From: Candidatus Woesearchaeota archaeon
GTDB lineage: Archaea > Nanobdellota > Nanobdellia > Woesearchaeales > SKGA01
Direction: 5' to 3'
Assembly (NCBI GenBank): GCA_046543005.1
Contig: JBKHAG010000003.1
Coordinates: 1-53,963 of the forward strand
DNA: 53,963 bases
Shown here piece by piece: positions 45,793 through 53,963 of this stretch. The position numbers and the translations under genes were made by a program. Below the pieces are notes generated by a model. It was not told the origin of the DNA and did no database searches. It saw only the letters and a program-made list of their open reading frames with translations. Position 1 is the first letter of the stretch, and every line of letters starts with the position of its first letter.

Positions 45793-45815
45793 TTTATTTT
45801 CACCTGCTTTTAGAT

Positions 45816-47018
45816 TTATTGTTTATCCACTTTTTTGTAAGTGTTTGGTGTATATGTGATTCCCATTTGAATAGTTGGTTCGCTTGGACCAAAAAATAAG
45901 TGATTTGCTCCTAAGGAAAGCCCTACATTATCAGCTACAGGAATTTGGACGTTAAAGTATGCTCCGTCTAAAACCATGTTTGAACCTGTTTCTAAACTTA
46001 CAGGATCTGCTGATTCTCCTTTACTAAGAAGAACGCTTGACGCGTCAGGTTGAGAAAACATATAATCAGTTCGCGTGGTTGTAATATTTTCACCTTGTGT
46101 GGAAACATTAAGTCCTGTAGAAACTGCACAATTAAGTCCGTCTTTTGCTTGAATCCATTCACCGTCTTTGAATACTTTATCTTTTACTGGAATAATAAAG
46201 TTATAAGAAAGACCAGTACTAAATAAGTCTTGAGTAGATGTTTGATTATATTTTTCAACTTTTTGTGTTGCGTGCATGTTTGGAGCTACTTGAGTCCATT
46301 GCGTATACTCAGAAGATTGAAGTTGTTCTTCAGAAAGCACTTTAGGAGAAAAGAAATTTACTGCTGCTTGACCTAAAATGATGTGTCGTTTTAAGTCTTT
46401 ATCTTTAATTGTCCAAAGTGGTGCAGACACACTAGCATAACCGCTTGTATGGGGTTTGTATGCTTTTTCTCCATTTTCAGAAAGCACATTATCAATTCCA
46501 ACAACAGCTCCGGAAGAAAAAGTCATTTTACCAAAGTAATCTCGTTGTTGTGTAAGTTCATTATTTAATGAATCTGCAACTTTTTGACTTTCATCGATTT
46601 TTTTATTTTTACCTGCTCCTTCAAATGCAATGTTTTTTGCAGCGTCTCGATTCATGTCAGGACATTGCTCCATTAACATTTCATAGAGTTTTACGTCTTG
46701 TTGTTGTGGAAATTTCCATTCAAACTGACTTTGACCTGAAAGATTAACATTACCTAAACTATCATAATCTACTGCAAGAAAAGTAGGCTTATCTGCAATA
46801 TTTGCTTCTACTAATGCATTTTCTTCTAAAAAGTTTGTAAAACATTCATTTTTGAAAAGAGATGTTGTGTCTCCTTCTTGAACATATTCAATTACTTTAT
46901 CATGTTTGAGTTCTACACTATCAGGAATTTCCTGATATTGATTGCTTTGTCCGAACGCAGAGCTTGTTAGTGCCGCAAGGCCTAGTCCTGCAATAATAGA
47001 TTTTAATTGTTTAACCAT
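45816..47018 (-). CDS. Secreted hypothetical protein
   Basis: Sec-type signal MVKQLKSIIAGLGLAALTSSAFGQ. Beta-rich, with no TM anchor and no recognisable family. Confidence 0.5.
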   Translation of the reverse strand: MVKQLKSIIAGLGLAALTSSAFGQSNQYQEIPDSVELKHDKVIEYVQEGDTTSLFKNECFTNFLEENALVEANIADKPTFLAVDYDSLGNVNLSGQSQFEWKFPQQQDVKLYEMLMEQCPDMNRDAAKNIAFEGAGKNKKIDESQKVADSLNNELTQQRDYFGKMTFSSGAVVGIDNVLSENGEKAYKPHTSGYASVSAPLWTIKDKDLKRHIILGQAAVNFFSPKVLSEEQLQSSEYTQWTQVAPNMHATQKVEKYNQTSTQDLFSTGLSYNFIIPVKDKVFKDGEWIQAKDGLNCAVSTGLNVSTQGENITTTRTDYMFSQPDASSVLLSKGESADPVSLETGSNMVLDGAYFNVQIPVADNVGLSLGANHLFFGPSEPTIQMGITYTPNTYKKVDKQ

Positions 47019-47030
47019 TTTTTATTACCT

Positions 47031-47774
47031 CTAGTTATCTTGATTAGTTTTAGTTTTCATTTGAGCGCCCATTTCGAGTTCGCTTGGTGTTGGTGTAAAT
47101 GAGCCAACAGTATTCCAAGGAGATGTTGTCCCATATTCTGTGTTGAGTAAACCTAAAGCGTATGCTTCTCGTTTACCTTCAATAGATGTTGTGTCCACGT
47201 AATATGTTGAACCATTAATTTCATGTTCTAAACATCCCGCACAATCAGATGTACTATAGGTATAGTCACCAGTTGCTGATGAGGGAATGTTTGATGAAGT
47301 TGAAGACTTATTTGATGACTGATGTGAAGACCACTTTTTGCTTGGAGTGCCTTGAGTTGCTGATTCTTTAACAGATGCAGTATCTTGGAAATCAACCATA
47401 TAATTATCTAAAGAACCTTGCTCTTTAACAGTTTTAATTTGTGCGGTATCAGTAATAGAGTCTCGCACGTAACCGTTATGATCTGTAATTGTTGCAACAG
47501 AATCGTTAATAATAGTATATATAGAAGGTATTTGGTATGATCGCACCGCGTTACTATCTGTTACTGACTGTAGTGTTGAGTCAATTGAAGATAAGTGAGT
47601 GTTAAGAGTATCTGTTTGCACAGAATCTTGTTGTGTTTGTTCTACAGTTAATTCATTTTGATTTTTAAGTAAGTGTGTTTGCTTTGCAGTATGATATCCA
47701 AAGAAACCTAAGGTACCTAAACCTAGAAGAATACCTGCACCAATAGCAATTTTTTTATTATTATTTTTTGACAT
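47031..47774 (-). CDS. N-terminally anchored Ser/Thr-rich hypothetical protein
   Basis: MSKNNNKK plus TM IAIGAGILLGLGTLGFFGY, followed by S/T/Q-rich extracellular sequence. ATG at 47774 is preceded by GGGGGA. Confidence 0.5.
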   Translation of the reverse strand: MSKNNNKKIAIGAGILLGLGTLGFFGYHTAKQTHLLKNQNELTVEQTQQDSVQTDTLNTHLSSIDSTLQSVTDSNAVRSYQIPSIYTIINDSVATITDHNGYVRDSITDTAQIKTVKEQGSLDNYMVDFQDTASVKESATQGTPSKKWSSHQSSNKSSTSSNIPSSATGDYTYSTSDCAGCLEHEINGSTYYVDTTSIEGKREAYALGLLNTEYGTTSPWNTVGSFTPTPSELEMGAQMKTKTNQDN

Positions 47775-48178
47775 GTCAATCCCCCAAATCACTTTTTGTT
47801 TGCTACCTTATTTGCAATTCGTCAATTGCATTGTACTGCTAAGTAGTGATTCGTAGAAAAGCAAAATCAAGTATTATTTATAAACTTTATGTTTTTGTTG
47901 TCTTTTCGTAGTGAATACAGTCATTAGTTCGTGTTGTTGTGCACATACAAACAATATACTTTGCGTATATTATTTAAAATACCAACAACTTATTCTGCGC
48001 ACGGCATGTAAAAAACCCTTTAAAATAGTGCCTAACTCTTTTTTATATTCAATAACTAAGAATAAGCAGACAACTATTCAATAGACGCAAAAAGTATATA
48101 AACACACAGTTAATTTACTCAGAAGAGGCACAAGAGGTATAAAGTGCCACACAAAACAAGTAAGAGGAAGCGATTCAT

Positions 48179-50926
48179 ATGAAAGACACACATTCTGCAC
48201 ACAAACACATCCCCCACAACTCATCACAACAAAAAAAATCTTCAAAAAAGAAAAGAACAAACAGCCGATGGATTCAACCAACAATTATTGTTGCACTCAT
48301 TCTTTTTAGTATTATTATTAGTACAACGCTTCGTATGGCTCCGGATGAATTAAGCATTACTCAAGACTGGGCAGAGCAAGTATATAGTGCGCAAGTCAAA
48401 GAGCAAATCGCAAAGCAAGTACAAGCAGAATATCCTCACCTTCCAGACTCACAAAAGGCAGTGTATGTTAATGAACAATTTGATGAAGCGTGGCAACAAC
48501 AAAGACCGCTTATTCAAGAGCAAATAGATGAAACTGCAAACTATTTTAAAAGTCGATTACAAAACGACGATAATCAAACGTATTTGTTAGCAATTGATCC
48601 TTACCATTGGTTTAATTATGCTAAAAATTTTGAAGAATACAACCAAATGGGCGATAGCGTAAATGAAGAAGGAAAAAGTATTTTTTCACTACGAAATGGG
48701 CGAGAAGGAGAACCAACAGTATTTAATTTTCATCCTGTATTAATAACAGTCGTTAAAGATATAGGTCAAGTATTTGATAAGGATTTTTCATTACTTCGAG
48801 CAGCATACTTAATTCCTGTTTTTATTATTGCTCTTGCAATCATCCCGGCGTTTTTTTTAGGAAGAAAAATTGGCGGAAATGTAGGAGGTTTTTTAGCAGG
48901 GCTTATCTTAGCCATTAACGGTGCATTACTTGGTAGGACACCAGCAGGTTTTTCAGATACTGACGCATATATTATTTTTTTCCCACTCTTGATTATGTGG
49001 ATAGGTATTGAAGCAATGACGACAAGAGATGTACGGTGGAAAATCGGTTTAGGGGCGCTAGCTGGTGCAGTATTTACTGTGTTTATGAGAACATGGAACT
49101 CCGCATGGCATATTGGGAGTATTTTTGCAGGCGTTCTTGGAATTTATTTTATTGTCAGTCTAATTCAAGAACGAAAAGAATTTTCAAAAAAGAATGTCAA
49201 AACATTTTTTACGTCAACACGAAGTGGAAAAACAGTTCTTATTGGACTTAGTTTTATTCTTGCAACAATGATGTTTGGAAGTTTTATTATGGGTTTAGGA
49301 ACACCAGATGGCTTGAGTCTTTCTAATGCTATTGAACCAGTTAAATCTATAATTACATCACCCTTTGGAGCAACAAGCATTAAAAGTGTTGGAGAAGCAA
49401 CAGTGTTTCCAAACGTTTTAACAACCGTTGCAGAACTTAATGCAGGAAGTTGGGAACAAATAATTACCAGTGTTGGTGGAAAATTATTATTCTTATTTGG
49501 GCTCTTAGGAATTATTGCAACCTTTTTTTTAAAAACAGAAGACGAACATATGGAAACTCGTTACGCAATTATGCTCACGTTTTGGTCTGTCGTACTAATT
49601 ACAGCAGGACTTATGAGTAGCAGGTTTATTGCACTTCTTGCAGCACCATTCGCGCTTGCGTTTGGAGCACTCTTTGGAGTAACCTATAAAAAAGTAAAAG
49701 ATAAAATAAAAATTCCTCAAATCAAAAACACACAGCTCAAACATATTGCTCTTGGTTTAGGAATTGGAATTATTGCGATTCTTTTCTTACTTGCGCCGTT
49801 TACTAGTGCAAAACAAATCGCCAAAAACGAAGTTCCTAGTATGAACGATGCTTGGCAAGAAAGTCTTCATACCATCGATAACGCTACAGACGACGGAGTT
49901 ATTACAAGTTGGTGGGATTTTGGACACTGGTTCGTAAGCGAAGCAAATACTCGCGTAACATTTGATGGAGGTCATCAAGGTAAACGAATTTATTGGGTTG
50001 GAAATTATTTAACCAATAGTAATTCATCTGATGCAGATAATACTTTACGCATGCTTAATTGTGGACAAGAAGAAGGATTTAATCGACTTGTTGAACTCAC
50101 AAACGATGAATACTCAGCTGTAATGATTCTTGAAATTATTCAAGATCAACCTCTTGAAGAAGCAAAAACTACGCTTTCACAAGAAGGATTTAGCGATGAA
50201 GAAATCGCTCGAGTAGTTGAAAAAACGCATTGTAGCACGACAGAAGTTTTAGATCAATTCGTTATCGTATCTGAAGATATGATTGGTAAAGCGCCAGTTT
50301 GGGGCCACTTTGGAAATTGGGATTTTGATAAAGCTAAAGCATACAATATTGTAAGAAAAAGTAAAACTATTGACGATGCGATTAGTACATTGCAATCAAC
50401 ATTTAATTACGATGAGAAAAAAGCAACGCAAATGTATTATGATATTACTGCTTTACGTAAGGCCGATGTTGATTCTTGGATGAGTCCTTGGCCTTCATAC
50501 GTTACCACACAACCAGTAACTTGTGAAGAAAACACAAAAAACTATACGTGTACAATTAACAAAATTGTTGAAGAACAAGGAAGTAATCAACTGGTTATTT
50601 CACAAGCAGTTGTTTCTAAAGTAAGTCCTCAAGATAGTTACATGGTTCTTAGCACAGTTTCTAAGGGACAAGTTGTAAACAAACAACAAACAGTCTTTAA
50701 AGAAATAACAATAAATGGACAAACGACAACAAGCAAAAAAGATGGATACGCAATTGTTATTGAAGATGGTAAAGCAATTGTTGCAGACCCGCTAGTAGCA
50801 AACTCGCAATTTACAAAATTGTTCTTCTTTGAGGGTGCAAGAACTACAGGATACGAAAAAATAAGCGATGTAAGAGATTTTACAGGCGCAAGAATTATTG
50901 TTTACAAAAAAACATTCGAGGAATAA
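48179..50926 (+). CDS. aglB: Archaeal oligosaccharyltransferase AglB (STT3 family)
   Basis: 915 aa, 13-TM-like N-terminal half, the canonical catalytic motif WWDFGHW (WWDYG variant) and a large C-terminal periplasmic domain. Confidence 0.9.
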   Translation: MKDTHSAHKHIPHNSSQQKKSSKKKRTNSRWIQPTIIVALILFSIIISTTLRMAPDELSITQDWAEQVYSAQVKEQIAKQVQAEYPHLPDSQKAVYVNEQFDEAWQQQRPLIQEQIDETANYFKSRLQNDDNQTYLLAIDPYHWFNYAKNFEEYNQMGDSVNEEGKSIFSLRNGREGEPTVFNFHPVLITVVKDIGQVFDKDFSLLRAAYLIPVFIIALAIIPAFFLGRKIGGNVGGFLAGLILAINGALLGRTPAGFSDTDAYIIFFPLLIMWIGIEAMTTRDVRWKIGLGALAGAVFTVFMRTWNSAWHIGSIFAGVLGIYFIVSLIQERKEFSKKNVKTFFTSTRSGKTVLIGLSFILATMMFGSFIMGLGTPDGLSLSNAIEPVKSIITSPFGATSIKSVGEATVFPNVLTTVAELNAGSWEQIITSVGGKLLFLFGLLGIIATFFLKTEDEHMETRYAIMLTFWSVVLITAGLMSSRFIALLAAPFALAFGALFGVTYKKVKDKIKIPQIKNTQLKHIALGLGIGIIAILFLLAPFTSAKQIAKNEVPSMNDAWQESLHTIDNATDDGVITSWWDFGHWFVSEANTRVTFDGGHQGKRIYWVGNYLTNSNSSDADNTLRMLNCGQEEGFNRLVELTNDEYSAVMILEIIQDQPLEEAKTTLSQEGFSDEEIARVVEKTHCSTTEVLDQFVIVSEDMIGKAPVWGHFGNWDFDKAKAYNIVRKSKTIDDAISTLQSTFNYDEKKATQMYYDITALRKADVDSWMSPWPSYVTTQPVTCEENTKNYTCTINKIVEEQGSNQLVISQAVVSKVSPQDSYMVLSTVSKGQVVNKQQTVFKEITINGQTTTSKKDGYAIVIEDGKAIVADPLVANSQFTKLFFFEGARTTGYEKISDVRDFTGARIIVYKKTFEE

Positions 50927-50930
50927 AAAA

Positions 50931-51632
50931 ATGAGCACAGAAGAAAATATTCTCGCACGAGAAACAGCAATAGTTATTCCAGCGTATAATGAAGAAAAAC
51001 GCATAGGACGAGTACTTGATAGAATTTACTCAGTCAACAGAGCATACTTTGTTATTGTAATTAATGATGGCAGTAAAGATAATACTGCAGCCGTAGCTAT
51101 AAAACACGGCGCAACAGTAATTGATAGAAAACAAAATAGTGGCAAAGGAACAGTTGCTCGAATTGGTTGTGATTTAGCACGCAATAAAAATTATAAATAT
51201 ATTATATTAATGGATGCTGACGGACAACACCAACCAGAAGATATTCCTCGCGTGCAAAAACAATTACAAAAAGCAGATATTGTCTACACGTATCGAGTCG
51301 GCAAAGGTAAACAACCATGGATTTATAGACTGGGTAATTGGGGACTTTCAATGCTTTCTTGGATGTTTTTTGGTGTAAAAATAAAAGACACGCAATGTGG
51401 AATGAGAGGTTTTACTAAAAAAGCCTACGAACAAGTACGTTGGGAAAGTTCAGGATTTAGTTTAGAAACAGAAATAATTGCTAAAAGTAAAAATTTACGA
51501 TACAGAGAAATACCTATAAAAAAAATTTATGAAGACGAACATAAAGAAAACGGCAAAGGAACGCGACCACACATTGGAATAAAGATATTTTGGGATATGG
51601 TGAAATGGAAGATTAAAGGTGTGAAGAAATAA
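50931..51632 (+). CDS. GT2 glycosyltransferase (dolichyl-phosphate sugar synthase-like)
   Basis: IVIPAYNEE, INDGSKDNT and the DXD motif MDADGQH. ATG at 50931 follows the aglB stop by 2 nt. Confidence 0.85.
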   Translation: MSTEENILARETAIVIPAYNEEKRIGRVLDRIYSVNRAYFVIVINDGSKDNTAAVAIKHGATVIDRKQNSGKGTVARIGCDLARNKNYKYIILMDADGQHQPEDIPRVQKQLQKADIVYTYRVGKGKQPWIYRLGNWGLSMLSWMFFGVKIKDTQCGMRGFTKKAYEQVRWESSGFSLETEIIAKSKNLRYREIPIKKIYEDEHKENGKGTRPHIGIKIFWDMVKWKIKGVKK

Positions 51633-51636
51633 CCTA

Positions 51637-52073
51637 TTAAGAAAATAAAAGTACATGTATGTGTTTAAAAAAAGTAGCGGCATGTGAAATACTATCTTTT
51701 GCAGGATCTTTATTTGCTTGAGGAAATGTTTTGTAAGTAAACATTGCTCTTTTTTGTTTTTCTAAAGAAAATAAGTCTATAAGTTCATTTGCTCTAATTA
51801 AAACTTTTTTATACGCTTGAAATAATTCAAAATCAATAACTCCTTCTTTGGTTAAACGAGATAACTCTTGATATGTTTTTTATGCTCAAAAGACGCTTTT
51901 GTAGTTATATTCTTTAATGCGAGATAAGCTTTAGCAGAATAAAAAATAGCATAATAACTGTGAGTAATTACAGCGCTATAAAAGGTAATATAAGAAGAAA
52001 GATAAAAAACGTTTTCCTGCAATTGAGGAGTTGAAGAAAATAGTAAAAATTATTTGAGAAAGCAATAATTCAT
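51637..52073 (-). pseudogene. HEPN-domain gene, disrupted (in-frame TAA at codon 8 and a frameshift in an A-run near 51877-51882)
   Basis: ATGA overlaps the upstream nucleotidyltransferase stop. Conceptual translation gives ..SYYAIFYSAKAYLALKNITTKASFEHKK / TYQELSRLTKEGVIDFELFQAYKKVLIRANELIDLF.. only after a +1 correction in GAGCATAAAAAACAT. Confidence 0.5.
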
Positions 52074-52708
52074 TTTGTGCTCTTTTGAGAAGAATAGTTG
52101 AAGTCATTATATAATGTTAATAAAATACTTGAATAAAAAGGCAATGGATTAAAAATCGGAAGATTTTTGGAAACTATCTGTTTAGCAAGATTGTCATAAG
52201 GAGCAAGTAATAATTTTTTAAACTCAAAAAAAGTGAGAATGGTTGAATCTATAGGTAATAAAGAAGTTGTTTTTGCATGATTAAGAGCTATACGAACAGA
52301 TTTTTTTTGAGCTGAAGAAGGCGTAAGAATAAGAATATCTAAATCAGAAGAAGACGTTTGTGAATTATTAGCATATGAACCAAAAACAACAACTGAAACA
52401 AAAGGGCAAGAAGATAATTCTTTTGCTAAAAAATCTAAACTCATACGTGCTTGCACACAAAGAACGCCTTGCGCATATAAAGGCAGGTAAGAATACAAAA
52501 GAGAAGAAGAGATATTTAGCCTATACACTTTTGAGGAACCGATTCTTCTTGACAAAATAAGTTTTTTTTCAGTTAATAACAACAACGTTTTTTGTAAAAA
52601 AGAATGAGATGACTCTTGCAAGTGTTTTTTTAGATCAGAAAAAGAATATTCTGCAAACAAGTTTGAACTAAAAAAGCCTAAAATTTTGAGTTGTTTTTGA
52701 GTGAGCAT
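52070..52708 (-). CDS. wHTH + minimal nucleotidyltransferase (MNT-type, HEPN/MNT pair)
   Basis: VVVFGSYANNSQTSSSDLDILIL (the GS..SDxD pol-beta NTase motif) follows an N-terminal winged-helix-like region. Confidence 0.7.
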   Translation of the reverse strand: MLTQKQLKILGFFSSNLFAEYSFSDLKKHLQESSHSFLQKTLLLLTEKKLILSRRIGSSKVYRLNISSSLLYSYLPLYAQGVLCVQARMSLDFLAKELSSCPFVSVVVFGSYANNSQTSSSDLDILILTPSSAQKKSVRIALNHAKTTSLLPIDSTILTFFEFKKLLLAPYDNLAKQIVSKNLPIFNPLPFYSSILLTLYNDFNYSSQKSTK

Positions 52709-52822
52709 AAAAAAACCTCTTACCTAAATAAAGGTAATAGTTTACCTAAATGAAGGTAATTAATAAAAGTTTCGATAAATACAAAGAAAAAGTTTAAATA
52801 AGAAAGAAAATATGAAAGAAGA

Positions 52823-53963
52823 ATGAAAATACTTTTTTTTAATCAATATTATCACCCAATAAAAAATCCTCCAGCAAAAAGGTTATTCTCTTTTTCAAAA
52901 TATTTAGCAAAAAAAGGATGGAAAGTAACTATAATTACAGGAATGCCTAATTACCCATCAGGTAAACTATACAAAAAATATAAAAGACTATTCAAAAAAG
53001 AAAAAAAAGAAGGAATTAAAATATATAGATACTATGAAATCCCTGCAAAAATAAAAGGTACCATACGACCCCTTGTAAATTACATCTCTTTTTCATTAAC
53101 CAGTTTATGCTCTTGGAATAAAATAAAAAAAGCAGACATAGTATACATCTCTTCTCCACCTGTTTTTTCAACAATTACAGCTTTTTGGATGGCCCAATTA
53201 TTTAATAAAAAAATAGTTTTAGAAATACGAGATTTATATCCTGAATCAGCACAAGCCTTAGGAATAATAAGGAAGAAAAGTTTTGTGTATAAACAATTTA
53301 TAAAAATAAACAAAAGAATGTTTAAAAGAGCAGATAAAATAATTACTATAAATAAAGAAATGGCAAAAGAAATCAAAGAAAAATATAATGTAAAAAAAGT
53401 TGAAGTAATTACTAATTTTGCAAGTAAAAAAAATAATAAAAATATAAAGCAAAAAAATAAAAAAATAATGATTGTCTTCACAGGCGTATTAGGTAAAGCG
53501 CAAGGACTAAGCGATTTTTTAAAAAAATACAATAATAAAAAAATACAATCTAATGTAGATTTTCATATTGTTGGAAATGGAGAAGATTTTTCTGCGATAA
53601 AAAGACTAACAAAAAGTATGAAAAATATATATTTATATGGCTATCAAAGCAAACAATTTTGCGATACTATTATTAAAAAAGCAGATGTTGGACTTATTAG
53701 CTTGAAAAAAAATGCTGTTTTTGAAAAAGCTCTTCCTTCTAAATTTTTTGAATACCTATCCTTTGGTAAACCGATACTTTCAAATACTTCTAAAGTTATT
53801 AAAAAGTATATTAAAGAAAATGATTGCGGATGGTTTATTGAAGAGAAAATTCCTTTGTTAACTAAAAAAGCAATTATGATAAAATCACAAAATGCAAAAA
53901 GACTATTTGAGAAAGAATTTGAAGAAGAAATAGTTTGTAAAAAATTAGAAAAGTTGGTAAAAA
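52823..53963 (+). CDS. GT4 (GT-B fold, WcaI-like) glycosyltransferase, 3'-truncated by the window end
   Basis: My own translation from ATG 52823 is open to the window end (380 codons): MKILFFNQYYHPIKNPPAKRLFSFSKYLAKKGWKVTIITGMPNYPSGK...LPSKFFEYLSFGKPIL. It is absent from the ORF track, presumably because no stop is present. Track ORFs on the opposite strand here are spurious. Confidence 0.75.
   Translation, partial: MKILFFNQYYHPIKNPPAKRLFSFSKYLAKKGWKVTIITGMPNYPSGKLYKKYKRLFKKEKKEGIKIYRYYEIPAKIKGTIRPLVNYISFSLTSLCSWNKIKKADIVYISSPPVFSTITAFWMAQLFNKKIVLEIRDLYPESAQALGIIRKKSFVYKQFIKINKRMFKRADKIITINKEMAKEIKEKYNVKKVEVITNFASKKNNKNIKQKNKKIMIVFTGVLGKAQGLSDFLKKYNNKKIQSNVDFHIVGNGEDFSAIKRLTKSMKNIYLYGYQSKQFCDTIIKKADVGLISLKKNAVFEKALPSKFFEYLSFGKPILSNTSKVIKKYIKENDCGWFIEEKIPLLTKKAIMIKSQNAKRLFEKEFEEEIVCKKLEKLVK

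Noticed and set aside
38383-48178. Genomic island integrated at tRNA-Trp.
   Set aside because: The cluster abuts the 5' side of the tRNA. I found no integrase and no direct repeat of the tRNA end at the far boundary. Only a by-eye GC shift supports foreign origin, so this is mentioned only as context for the sigma finding.

Overview
This window is an AT-rich (roughly 30-35% GC by eye) chromosomal segment of an archaeon, probably a small-genome DPANN-like lineage. Archaeal core genes include a histone, Hjc, EndA, FEN1, SMC, the RFC large subunit, archaeal DnaG, MBF1, AglB/STT3, an S26B signal peptidase, a presenilin-like protease and an archaeal SRP RNA. They are interleaved with bacterial-type genes: LeuRS, type I GAPDH, RNase HIII, a parvulin PPIase and an ECF sigma-70 factor. 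Shine-Dalgarno-like GGTGA/GAGG motifs precede most starts, and I used them to trim several ORF-track starts.

Non-coding content:
- tRNA-His(GUG) carries two bulge-helix-bulge (BHB) introns, one canonical and one in the T-loop.
- tRNA-Trp(CCA) carries an 80-nt canonical intron.
- An SRP RNA is present.
- Seven copies of two related MITE subfamilies have 8-bp target-site duplications. No transposase is present in the window.
- A 615-bp ORF-free stretch has long-range complementarity.

The most unusual locus is 38.6-47.8 kb. It is a same-strand cluster of five secreted or membrane-anchored surface proteins that ends in a bona fide-looking ECF sigma factor gene. Clearly archaeal features lie on both sides of it.

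All calls come from reading the sequence and the supplied translations. RNA ends and some start codons are uncertain by a few nt or codons. No CRISPR array or rRNA was seen.
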